NCBI RefSeq assembly: GCF_006345805.1 | Contig: NW_021834131.1 | Location: 1-25,996 of the forward strand | Direction: 5' to 3' | DNA length: 25,996 bases | DNA from: Octopus sinensis | Taxonomy: Eukaryota | Part shown: in pieces, positions 1 to 11,650 of the stretch | Numbering within the stretch: the stretch's first letter is position 1 | How the letters are laid out: each line of letters opens with the position of its first letter | Notes under the pieces: generated by a model | What the model was told of the DNA's origin: nothing | The model's database searches: none | What the model saw: the letters and a program-made list of their open reading frames with translations, nothing else | Position numbers and translations under genes: made by a program

Positions 1-574
1 GAGATGTAATGGAGTCAATAAATCCCAAAGTTGTCAGGAAATGCTTAGTAAATGCTATGGACAGACTGTACTTAAGCTACATGTTCGGTGATTATGTGAA
101 TGAGGAGTCCAACGTGTCTCATATATCAGCATGCGTAGATATGAAAAAACAATTAACAGAATGAGATAAAAATCTCAGGCTGTGAAAGACTTCAGAACAT
201 TTTAAAAGAGAAGTTCTTAGAGCTCTTTCCGGGATAATTTATATATCCCTTCACCGTAGACGGTGTGAGAATATCGTTAAGGAATTGTTATTCTAGATAA
301 GACATGAAATAGAGCGTGGAGTGGAGGAATGAAAATAGATGTGAGATATGCAGGGATATTGTACCTGTAGTTCCATTATTTAGGCAGAATTGTTTACCGA
401 AAATATTCCTGTACCTTGTGTGTAAGCTGCTATAGTATTTACATAGTATTCAGAGTATTATTACCTGACACCTTTGGGTCTTATTGATATTACCTCTCAT
501 AACCTCAATATATGTATGTAGATATATATACATACATATACACACACAAACACACATACAAACACACACACACA

Positions 575-639
<65 letters not shown>

Positions 640-1261
640 TAATTGTGTGCATGTGTTTATGTGTGTGCATCCAACTATGAATGTATGTATGCATATATGA
701 AGGGATATATTTACTTACAAATATATATTCATGTATGTGTGTGTGCCTGTGCATTACTTTCGCCTAATTTTTGGTGTTTTATGATTGTATTTCGATCTAT
801 AGCCATTACTTAATAAATAAATCTTTATTTCTTTAGTCTACAATAAAAAGAAGGGACACATAACGTTTATAATGAGGTATGATTTTTACATCTCATCACA
901 TTTATAGATTGTCATTTAAGCCCAAATCTTCGGTTACCTTAATTTCAGGACATACTCTCCCTTCTCTCTCTCGCTCTCATATGTATATATATATATACAT
1001 ATACACACACTCATAGAGACTCACTCACACGCACACATACACACACACGCATATATATATATATACATACATATATATATATATATTATATATATATATA
1101 TATAATTAAATGTTCTTCAGTGATTTGTTTCTTTCTATTTCTATTTCTATATATAAATATTTTATATACCACTCCCAAGATGTCCTATTTTTTATTTTTC
1201 ATCTTTCTTATCTCTCTACTTCTCTTCCGCCCTCTCTCACTTTCTTCATTTATACAAATCA

Positions 1262-1328
1262 CATACATACATAGAAATATACATAATTACATGCATACAC
1301 AATAAGAAACATATATACATACATACAC

Positions 1329-1361
<33 letters not shown>

Positions 1362-1475
1362 CATACATGCATACATACATTCATACATACACGCATACAC
1401 ACATACATACATACATACATACATACTTACATACATATATACATACATACATGCATACATACATACATACATACA

Positions 1476-1509
<34 letters not shown>

Positions 1510-1520
1510 CATAGATATAT
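1262..1520 (+). repeat. (TACA)n tetranucleotide array
   Basis: Visible TACA repeats. Many further (TA)n/(CA)n tracts occur, e.g. 511-640, 4891-4952, 6877-6955, 7311-7396, 15131-15412, 15710-15830 and 15945-16065. Confidence 0.95.
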
Positions 1521-1602
1521 ATGCATCACAAGAATTCAATATATCAGTTTTCCGATTCACTAGGCCATGTGCCTCCACAGAATGAGCTTAGTCTATACAA
1601 TA

Positions 1603-1813
1603 CTCGTTTACTTGTTTCACTTATTTGAGTGCGGCCATGCTAGAGCAACACCTTGAAGTGTTTTAGTGTTACAAATCGACCTTAGAACTGATTTGTTTTA
1701 GGAATAACCTGGTACGTGTTCTATCGGTCTTATTTGCCAAACCGCTATGTTATGAGGCGTACACACACCAACACCGGTTGTTAAGCGGTGATTAGGAGGA
1801 AACAAACACAGAC
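1603..1813 (-). mobile_element. SINE second module
   Basis: Reverse complement of the CGCTTAACAACCGGTGTTGGTG...GCATGGCCGCA module. Confidence 0.7.
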
Positions 1814-2215
1814 GCAGAGACATATACACACACACATACGCATACACACACACATGTATTTTTCCTGAATATCAAACTAATACACTTGCTTATTATTTCT
1901 ACACCTGACTCCGATTTTTGTTTTTTCTATAAATTTCAACTATATATATATATATACACACACACATGTGCATATTAAGAGAACATTCTTTCTTTGTAGC
2001 TTGAAAGTAGGTGATCTATTTCTAGCATATGACTGTCCACATAGTGGTTTTTAGACCTTAATATACACATGTATTAGATTTTTTTGGTTTTCAGACTTTT
2101 ATATGCTAGGCTACTGTGGTTTTAAATTGATATTAATTAAATTAATATTCAATTTATCTCCCTCATATTTAAATATATATAATAATATATATATATATAT
2201 AATAATATATATATA

Positions 2216-3590
2216 TCTCTTATTATAAAAGGCAGATTTTATCTGCTCCCTTGGGGAGTTATACAAATCTACAAATATAGGATTTCTTCAATTACAATTT
2301 ACCTAGCAGTTTAAGAGTACAATGCATCGCGTCATGCCAGGTCCAGTTTTAAAATTTAAACTCCAATTAAGCAAAATTTACAGAAAACTCACATTCTGGT
2401 GTGTGTGTCAAATGCTTTTCTTAGTCTGGTTTACACCACACGCAAACGCACCCACACACAAAGGGAGCGAAATTGTTTCACTGACGCTATCACCCTTCTC
2501 CTCCTTTGTCTTTGCAAGTTGGCAGCTATTAAAGTGAAAAACAGTGAATCCGACAGCGATTAAGAAACGAATTAGCACCTGAAGGAGTGAAAAATTTAAA
2601 AACTGTTTCTTTCGTGATTTTTGAAGAAAAAACTTGCACCAAGCCACAGACTTTCCCAGAAGAGTAAAGCCTTACACTATTTCTATTTACTTTTCGAATG
2701 AGCCCATTTGAAATCATTACGGCAGAAACGAACTGTACGCTAAACGTAAACAAAACGAAAGAAACGATAGTTTGTTATTCCCACAACCTTAATGAAATTA
2801 AGCCTATTTTACCATAAATATTATTATGGGTATCAGAAAGTTACCCAGAATAACAAATTCTATCGTAAAATTTTGTTGTATACCCAATTGAATATTAGCT
2901 AATACCCATTTTCTATAGCGATGTTTGAACAAAATTTTAATTAATTTTACAGAAAGTTACCCAGAATAACAAATTCTATCGTAAAATTTTGTTGTATACC
3001 CAATTGAATATTAGCTAATAACCCATTTTCTATAGCGATGTTTGAACAAAATTTTAATAATTTACAGAAAGTTACCCAGAATAACAAATTCTATCGTAAA
3101 ATTTTGTTGTATACCCAATTGAATATAGCTAAAACCCATTTTCTATAGCGATGTTTGAACAAAATTTTAATAATTTTACAGAAAGTTACCCAGATAACAA
3201 ATTCTATCGTAAAATTTTGTTGTATACCCAATTGAATATTAGCTAATAACCATTTTCTATAGCGATGTTTGAACAAAATTTTATAATTTTACAGAAAGTT
3301 ACCCAGAATAACAAACGAGCCCTTCGGGTATTAGCGCGCGTCTACGATGAGTCTACGATTTAAAAAAAAATTACGATCATATTTTTCCATTTTAATGCAT
3401 TTTTTCGCTTTTATATAAGGGAAGTAACTCTCTAAAAAATATCTACGATGTGTCAACGATTTAAAGAAAATTTACCTTAATTTTTTTTCAATTTTTAATG
3501 CATTTTTTGCTATTTTTTGGCTATAACTCTCTAAAATGCTTATATAGTATTTCCCTTACAAACCCGAGCAACGCCGGGCGATACTGCTAG
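2216..3590 (+). mobile_element. Non-autonomous Helitron
   Basis: The 5' end is A|TCTCTTATTATAAAAGG. The 3' end has a hairpin CCCGAGC-AAC-GCCGGG (3563-3578) followed by CTAG|T (3587-3591). It is inserted between A and T with no TSD, which are canonical Helitron termini. Confidence 0.85.
2834..3315 (+). repeat. Minisatellite, about 115-bp unit x 4.2, inside the Helitron
   Basis: Units beginning CAGAAAGTTACCCAG start at 2834, 2950, 3065, 3179 and 3292; they are near-identical and differ by single indels. Confidence 0.95.
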
Positions 3591-3743
3591 TATAATATAT
3601 ATATATTATATATATATATATATGTATGTATGTATGTATGCATGTATGTATCTATGCATACTTATATATATATATATATATATATATATGCATACACACA
3701 CATATACATGCATATATATATTCATATATATGTGTGCGTGTGT

Positions 3744-3897
3744 ATACGACGGGTTTCTTTCCGATTTCGTTTATCAAATCTACTCACAAGCATTTCTTCG
3801 GCCCGAGTCTATAGTAGAATTCCCTTGCCCAAGATTCCAGTGATGGTACACGGAATCCTGGGGTTGGGAAGCAAGCTTCCTACCACACATCCACATA
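3744..3897 (-). mobile_element. SINE, head module only
   Basis: Reverse complement of the TGTGTGGTAGGAAGCTTGCTTCCCAA...TCTTGGGCAAG head. Confidence 0.75.
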
Positions 3898-4890
3898 ATG
3901 TATGTGTGTATGTATGTATGTATGTATGTAAGTATGTATGCATGTGTTTATGAGTGTATGTATGTATGAGTGTATGAATTTGTTTGTGTGTGTATGTATG
4001 AATTTAAATATTAAGGTTTGAACGTATTCCGTATTAAAAATAGAAAAAAGACTTGTTTACAAAGATAAAATGTTTGTATGGAAATGGGTGGACTGATTGT
4101 GGTGGTGGCCACGTTGGTGAGGACGTATAGAGAGAATTAGAGAGAGAAGAGAGAGAGAGAGAAAGATAAAGAAAGAAAGAAAGAAAGAAAGAATGTAGCA
4201 ACGAATAGGAGTTTCGGGAGAGATATTATTCAGTGTGTGGTTATTTGAGACAGGTAGTCTCTGTCTACTCGCTAACACACACGCTACAATATACACACAT
4301 ATACCTTTAATGAAACATACATTCACACTACACACATATATACACACATACATCATATACCATGACAGTACAACATACATACTTACACATACAAACACAC
4401 ACGCATGCACATATATCTGGAGACTTGCTGTACTGAGGTATACTCAACCTCCATAGCAGAAGTATTACGGCCCTACCCAGACAGAGAGAATTGGCCTGCC
4501 GATGCCACGTATAAATCATATACATAGGCGGCACCTATGAGCGCTCATTCCGGCGTCACACGAAATTATAAGACGAAATTATAAAATCTCTCTGTCTCTA
4601 TCTCTCTCCCTCTCCCTCCCTCTCTTTACACCGTCGCTAGGAGGGGACTTAGCTCATGTTTACTTTGTAAACAATGGTAGCTTTCGCTATCTTAAAAATT
4701 TACAAGTTTTGGCTCAATATTATTTACCGCTATTCGCGGGTGTCTCGGGGGAAATAATTTGACAAAAATACAGCTAGGATCGTGACGAATGGCCTTCTAA
4801 AATTTGAGCGACATGCGTGCTAGTTTGTGGATGTGCATAAATTACAAATACGCACCCACACACACACATCTTGCCTTATATATAGAGAGA

Positions 4891-4956
<66 letters not shown>

Positions 4957-4974
4957 CGTGTGTGTGTGTGTTAT

Positions 4975-5170
4975 GTGTGTCGGTGTTTGTCCCCAACAGT
5001 GCTTGACAACCGATGCTGGTTGGTTTACGTCCCCGTAAACTAGCGTTTCTGCAAAAGAAACTACTAAAATAAGTACAAGGCTTACTGGGGCGATTTGCTC
5101 GACTAACGACAGTGCTCCAGCATGGCCACAGTCACATGACTGAAACAAATGAAAGAATAAAAGAATAAAT
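4975..5170 (+). mobile_element. SINE second module
   Basis: TGTTTGTCCCC...GCTTGACAACCGATGCTGG...CCAGCATGGCCACAGTC, as in 12610-12815. Confidence 0.75.
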
Positions 5171-5511
5171 GTAATTATGAACACACACACAAGCGAACAC
5201 ACACATATATATATGCACACACACACACACATTTTGCTGCTCTATGTGTTTATTTATTGAGTTATTCATCCTATATGCGAGTTTGTGTGCGTGTGTATAA
5301 ATATATTTATATGTACATATGTATGTGTGTATACGCGTGTGTGTATATACAATAGAAATCTCCATTAACTACTCCCCACCCTAATCATTCCACCTGTTTA
5401 ATAATTTAATTCCTTCTCTTCCCTTTTTCTGTGAGTTTTTCTTTTAATTCTTCACCACCCGACTCCCATTTCAGACACCATTTTTAATGTTTTTATTCTT
5501 TTCTTTTTCAG

Positions 5512-5666
5512 GTGAATCAACGAGATAAACATGGTTGCACACCGCTGCACTGGGCCTGTTTGCGGGGACACTTTCACACTATCGACATGTTGTTGGGTCA
5601 CAATGGCACCGATGCGAATGTGGTAGACAACGATGGAGACACACCACTGCATGTGGCAGTTCGGGG
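5512..5666 (+). CDS. Internal exon of an ankyrin-repeat protein (possibly a pseudogene allele)
   Basis: A pyrimidine tract and TTTTCAG acceptor end at 5511. The exon reads VNQRDKHGCTPLHWACLRGHFHTIDMLLGHNGTDANVVDNDGDTPLHVAVR-G, with two ankyrin TPLH motifs. It ends in phase 2 (GG) before ATAAGT, a donor-like site with A at +1. Read-through hits TAA at 5668-5670. Confidence 0.9.
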
Positions 5667-6635
5667 ATAAGTCCCCATTGGATCTGGAATATCCAAATCT
5701 GTTTCTTTTATGTTTTCAATAATATTTGTTTCTTTTTCATTCAGTCATTCATGTCATAATCCCACCATGGGGTCATTGTCTTTCTTCTCTCTTTCGCACT
5801 GTAATCTACTTTATTAATTAATCATCACCATAATTATTATTGTTCTTGCCTGACTGGACTCTTTACTTCATCTCGTTCTCCATTTCCTCAACGTCACAGG
5901 TTCAAATCCTCTCTCCTCTTCCTTTCATCCCATCTTGAACTACTTTTTCTCTCTCTCTTTCTTCCTCTCTCTTTCTCTCTCTCTCTCCTTTGTAGACTCT
6001 CTATTTACTCCGACCCTGGGCTAACTACAGTATCATCCCCTTACAGTATTTACATTTGTCTCTTTTATGTGCCATGTTCAAATCCTACCAGAATATTTAC
6101 TATCACTCTGGGGTCAATATAATCTGTACCAGTAATACCCAGGGGTTCCTTTAATAAACTGTCTTCCTTCTTTTCTCCTGTTCTTGTTTCTTATTACTTT
6201 TGAAGAAAATAAATTGCGTTATTTTATTTACGACTCTTTACGTTCTGAGTTCAAATCCTGCCAATGTCAACTTCTTCCATCTTTGCAAGGTTGATAAAAT
6301 ACAATACCAGTCATGTACTGGGGTTCATATGATTACCTGTAGCCCTTCTTTCCTTCCTAAATTTCATGTTTATATAAGCTGTCAGAATTCTTAGCAGTAT
6401 TTTTCCTGTCTTTACATTTCTGGGTTTACTCAGGTGTGTATATATCATTGTTCTACTGTGTAGAGTGTGTATTGAATAAATGTATATGTGTGTGAGTATA
6501 TGCGTAATAATTGCTCTAATTAAGTTATTGGTACCTAATTGCATCTGTTTTCTTTAATGACCTAATAGCTATTATCTCAAGCTGTGTGATGTTTGTTTTT
6601 TTTCATGTTTTTCTTTCCTTATCTATTACTTTCAG

Positions 6636-6672
6636 CCAACGCAATGGTGTTGTGTCTCTATTGCTGAACCAG
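6636..6672 (+). CDS. Short 37-nt exon continuing the ankyrin repeat
   Basis: Pyrimidine tract plus TTCAG acceptor (6631-6635) and CAG|GTTAGT donor (6673). Phase matches the previous exon: GG+C gives G-QRNGVVSLLLNQ, the second helix of the ankyrin repeat (TPLHVAVRGQRNGVVSLLLNQ). Confidence 0.8.
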
Positions 6673-6875
6673 GTTAGTTAATAAATACATATTATATACA
6701 CTCTCCAGCATTTTATTGATCTGTATAATATAAATATTATCAAGGTACCAGAAAAATAATGGGGATAGATTCAATCACATGTACTACTAATTCCTTCATG
6801 TTGATAGTAGCGGTGTTGAGAGTCCAGCTGACCACCACCACTGATAATAATACATTTAATAGTCAAATGAATATC

Positions 6876-6935
<60 letters not shown>

Positions 6936-7311
6936 ATATATATACATATATATATTAATTGTTTTAGGTATTTGACTACGGCCAAGCTCTTCTTTTTAAG
7001 GAAGCTAACATTTGCCAAGAACGAGACATGTTCCCGCAGAATGTTGGCTATAAGAGACCCTGCTTATATGACAGTGGAACTCATTTACAACTATCACATA
7101 GATGTCATGACAAAAAACACACTCACACACACATACACGTATACGCACACACATACAAGATGAATACGCATACATATATACACACACACACAAAGAACTC
7201 TGAGTGTGTGTGCGTATATATATGTATGGATATATACGTACATACACTTACATATATGTGTGTGTGTATGTCTATGCGTAGGAATATGTATATATTTATA
7301 CACACACACAA

Positions 7312-7343
<32 letters not shown>

Positions 7344-7353
7344 ATATATATAT

Positions 7354-7394
<41 letters not shown>

Positions 7395-7402
<8 letters not shown>

Positions 7403-8130
7403 TCAATGTAGGGTGGCAAAAAAAAAATTTTGTAGAATTTTTTTGCCACCAGCGGCCTAGTGGGAAAGAATTAAATAGTCATAGACCATTTTTAAGTTCA
7501 ACATCAACAATCAAGGAACGGCCATAATAACAGCCAAAGCTTCAACCGCAAATAAAAATCAATTCCGTAAACAGGAGAAAATTTAAAAAACATTTACCCT
7601 GTAATTTCTTATACGATGCACCGTTTCATCTGCTGTTTAATGGTAAACTAACCTGATTAAATTAAATCAAGCCAATCCCACTAGGCCGCTGGTGGCAAAC
7701 AAATTCTACAAAATTTTTTTTTTTGCCACCCTACATTGATTAATTATGAATTTTCTGATTAATTCCGTAATGGAATCGACGGCTTATATTTATTTGCTGC
7801 CGATAAATTTGGCGCGAGTGCGATGATTTGGAAATTTTAGGTCAGATATTACCTTGGCAGGGTCGGAAATGCCTCGTGAAAATATCTGTTCCGACTTGGG
7901 CTATTTCTTACTGAAGAATCTGAGGGCCTATGGAAGATTGGCTTGATTTAATTTAATCAGGTTAGTTTACCATTAAACAGCAGATGAAACGGTGCATCGT
8001 ATAAGAAATTACAGGGTAAATGTTTTTTAAATTTTCTCCTGTTTACGGAATTGATTTTTATTTGCGGTTGAAGCTTTGGCTGTTATTTCTAGTGGGTGAA
8101 TGGCCTATTATGGCCGTTCCTTGATTGTTG

Positions 8131-8132
<2 letters not shown>
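7395..8132 (+). mobile_element. Hammerhead-bearing Penelope-like (pLTR-type) non-autonomous element with nested 5' inversions
   Basis: 7395-7465 is the reverse complement of 7676-7747. 7503-7677 is the reverse complement of 7936-8132 minus 22 nt. The element contains a hammerhead, ends TTGTTGAT into (AT)n, is flanked by TA microsatellites on both sides and has no ORF. The PLE assignment is inferred from architecture. Confidence 0.65.
7903..8009 (+). ncRNA. Type I hammerhead ribozyme with a large stem II insertion
   Basis: Stem I AUUUCUUA (7903-7910) pairs with UAAGAAAU (8002-8009). Core CUGAAGA is at 7911-7917. Stem II AUCUG (7918-7922) pairs with CAGAU (7981-7985). GAAA is at 7986-7989, stem III is ACG/CGU around GUGCAU, and the cleavage triplet GUA (7999-8001) predicts a cut after 8001. 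Confidence 0.88.
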
Positions 8133-8164
<32 letters not shown>

Positions 8165-8517
8165 AGTAAGAAATGATAAGATGAATATATTTCTTTCACC
8201 AGTTACATCGTTTCACATATTTTTGTGTATGATAACTTCTTTTACATGTCTGCATTAGTGTATAGGTTATAAATCATACAGTGCCATCGTACAATTTACA
8301 AAGTAAAACAGCTATAAATGACAAGCACCTCAGTTCATAGAATATCATGTTTACATCCATTCTTCAACGCAATATACATATACAAGAACAGAATTTTATT
8401 TTCAAAATATTAATGTATGGAAGACAATCATTTACAGAACAGTTTTTTTATAGAAGAGAGAAGGAGATTTAGTAAGATATCAAAAAAAATCAGTAAATAG
8501 GCATACATGCATATACA

Positions 8518-8583
<66 letters not shown>

Positions 8584-8624
8584 GTATATTAAAAATTGGG
8601 GGGGTTTCCCATTCATAAAGGGTT

Positions 8625-9590
8625 TAGCTATGTACCGTCTCGTAAGACTCCAAAACCTGTTGGCCTAAGACCTCTTCAAAATATGGAAATGGAAAAGCCC
8701 TGGCTATTGATATGAAGACATACACTGAGGCTAAGGCCGCTCTGGCTCTACCTGGATGGTGGCCAGGTGTGGAATTCGCTTGTAGGGGAATTCTTTCCAC
8801 GACCGGCGTCCTTGGAGGAATCTACACCCGGTTAGATAAAAAGAGAGAATACAACTGAATGGCAATCCACAGGGCGGGCAAGGCCGGCAAGGCCGGCAGC
8901 AGAAATACCACCTCTGTATTTTATAAAGGGATTGTAGAATATAATAGCTATGGTGTCCTAGAAGAGGCTCTGGGTTTCGATGAGAACCAGCTAGACAAAC
9001 TGTTTCAAAACACCTTCAGGTCGGGGTATTTGGATAATTACCAAAGATCCCTGACCTGGTAGTGTCACAGGGATGAGTTACCTGTCCGCGATAAATTGTC
9101 CAGGCAAGGAATATCAGTGCCACTGGCATGCCCAAGGTGTAGGCAGGACAGAGAAACTGTCCTGCACGCTCTTGTACAATGCATGCAGCTTTTGGGCTTG
9201 ATAATTTACGTAGAACACGTGTTGTCGCACCTGGGAAGAATACAGCTATCAGCTGAGTCTGTGAGAAAGATTGTACCGCCAACCGGACTATAAAAGGAAA
9301 GTGAGGCATGTTTTCTGCGTACGATTGCAGTAATGAAAGAGTATGCATGGAAAACAAGAATGCAAGGAATAGAGACAGGGTCCTTCATATTCGGCCCTGG
9401 CTTGCTATACTACTTCAGGTACCACCTGAAGAGCAAGACAGGGCAGGAGAAGAGACAAATGTTGCGAAGCATATATGAGAAAATTGTATTTAAATTGTAT
9501 GTGGGATTCATTCAGGTTCTAATGATAAACTCACTTAGCTCATCTATATATTTGTAACGTCATGTGAAAGATATTATCATAATAAAGAAA
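8625..9590 (+). mobile_element. Tx1/L1-like LINE, degraded ORF2 C-terminal region
   Basis: DNYQRSLTW*CHRDELPVRDKLSRQG...CPRCRQDRETVLHALVQC is the zf-RVT CCHC region, followed by degraded ...KEYAWKTR...FRYHLK. Contains stops. Confidence 0.8.
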
Positions 9591-9924
9591 TTACTCCAGA
9601 CTGGAGTCCTTCTGCTTTCGGCTGCTCTGGCTTAATGAGTTTATTTGGTTAATGTAATTTTGTTGTTGATTATATGTTGAAATTGTTACGCTTGTGCGCT
9701 TCTTGGAATCAAACTGTTGTCGTCGATTTAATGAAACTTTTCGCCCCACGGGGCAGAAAATTAATTGCTGCATAGCTTGTTGGACTGCTTTTTTTGTTTT
9801 TTTACCCATTGCAGGGTAAAAAATTAATTTTTGGCATTTTGACAATAATACTTAGAATTTTTCTGTTATTCGGGAGCCATTTGTAAATATGGAATTTAAT
9901 TTGTTGTGGAATATCGATTTTCAG

Positions 9925-10150
9925 TTCTGAGAGAAGGATTTCCCGGCCATGAAAGAAAGTAAACGAGTTTGTAACCAGGAAGGAAAGGAAAAGCCAAGTT
10001 TTTCTGCTGAGGAAGTGGCAAAAATACTGATCTGCTGTGAGGGGATTAAATCACCAGGATTGGATAATCTGCCTTCAGAATTAAATTTCCATATGGCAAA
10101 CATCATGGAAGGGAACCAGGAAGGAAAGGAAAAGCCAAGTTTTTCTGCTG
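9925..10150 (+). mobile_element. Tx1/L1-like RT fragment bracketed by a 37-bp direct repeat
   Basis: EEVAKILICCEGIKSPGLDNLPSEL is the KSPGxDG motif at the RT start. AACCAGGAAGGAAAGGAAAAGCCAAGTTTTTCTGCTG occurs at 9973-10009 and 10114-10150. Confidence 0.7.
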
Positions 10151-10199
10151 CTGTTGGTGGCAATTTCTGTGAATTGGAGCTATCTAGGGGACATTTATT

Positions 10200-11650
10200 T
10201 AAGTTTCGCTACCTTTTAAAGAAATGTAGCAACGAAACCAAACTTCTGCCACCACAGGACATGATGAAAGATTTTACTGCCAGAACGGTAGTATACAAAA
10301 CATACAACCGAAAAGAAAAAAAGAATAATGTCAGTGAAGAACGAAGTTGTAGAGAAGTGATCCCGCCCCCCGCTATATAGGGAAAAACTATACCTATACT
10401 ATGTCGGTCCACGACGAAGAAGCTCCACTATTGAGGCGCAATTTGAAAACGCTGAATTAGCAGAAGAAATATCGACTCAAACGCTAAAGAATGAGGGGAT
10501 AATGTTGCTCCCGACCTACCTTGGCCGGAGAACAACTGCAAAAATAACAATAGAGGAGAAAACCGGCTGGTTATAACGTAACCTGCATTGCATCGGCCGT
10601 AATTTACGACACAGAAGAAATATCAATACCGCAAATGTAAAAGGGAGAGGCTCTAAACTAGAAAGGCCAAACACTCGAGATGCTGGTTCAAGCCTCAAAC
10701 AAAATAATCGAATCAAGGCCAGACCGATACATGGTATGCCACCGAATATACGGTTGGCAAGGATAGTAGCAGAAATATTTAAACAATCTAAAGAGAGATA
10801 CCCATAGGACATACAAGATGTTAACCAAAAGATGGCCAACAAAAGATTTGTTCTTAGCCCAGCGGCTATATCTCGGAAAGAAAAGGAAGGGGAGGCTGGA
10901 AAATTCGTGCAGCCCCGCCCCATACTTAACATGTGTGGTTTTTTATATTTTTACCATGGAAATTAAGTTAGGTAGTATAAATATTCGTGGCCTGGGTTCG
11001 AAATGGAAGCAAACTTAATTCCTGAACGACTCCAGTTCACTATAACCGGATAAACGTGTTGCGACTGAATAGAAGTAGAACGGGCCACAGACGTTCTCGT
11101 CTCTTCTAAATGGCTATGAGAAATTTATTTCTCCTAGTTGACGGGGAGACGGGTGCCTGGTGGTGTTGTTCAGAAAAAGCTTGGACACACAGGTAAGTAC
11201 AGATATTCTGGAACGAGAAGTTAGGTTGGTCGTCCTGGATGTGACAAGCATGTAACCAGTCCTTCAAGTCGGTAGCGGTCTACGCTCCGAAAGAGGGTAG
11301 ACAATCTGTTTTATTTCGAGACCTGGAGAGCTTTCTGGTGACGTCTAAAACTCTAGATATAGTAGGAGACGTTAACGCTATTCTCGAAGCAGGGGTGGAT
11401 AGTGTTGGCTCGACCGATAGAAGGGGATGTTCTGGTCTAAAAAAAGTTACTAGCAAGCTATAACCTAGTAGACCGATATAGACTGGGTGAAGTGCTCGTT
11501 CCACAGTGGACGTGGACAAATCTTTAGAGATTTCGACAAGTCGCCGGGGCTGGATGATCTGCCCTATGAATTTTATCGGAGTATGCCGGACTTGCTCGGA
11601 CAATTGATGGCCTGCGTCTATGCAGACTGGCAGCAGAATGGGGAATTTAT
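10200..11650 (+). mobile_element. Degraded Tx1/L1-like LINE (ORF1 relic, APE endonuclease, RT start)
   Basis: ATG at 10956 gives MEIKLGSINIRGLGSKWKQ (APE N-terminus). Later frames give RLVVLDV, VAVYAP, IVGDVNAIL and KSPGLDDLPYEFYRSMPDLLGQLMACVYADWQQNG. Upstream LLPTYLGRRT resembles ORF1. Confidence 0.75.

Noticed and set aside
2834-3315. Regular repeats suggestive of a CRISPR array
   Set aside because: The units are contiguous and identical with no unique spacers, in a eukaryotic Helitron context.
4440-4830. Possible MITE between microsatellites
   Set aside because: No terminal inverted repeats or TSD could be identified; left unclassified.
5667-6635. U12-type AT-AC intron explanation for the AT donor
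   Set aside because: It lacks the ATATCC donor consensus and ends in AG; the +2 to +6 bases match a U2 donor.
450-7460. Numerous YIYI/HTHT/CVCV/MYVC ORFs (also at 15709-16928) and poly-I/poly-N ORFs at 17435-18041
   Set aside because: These are translations of microsatellites, not genes.
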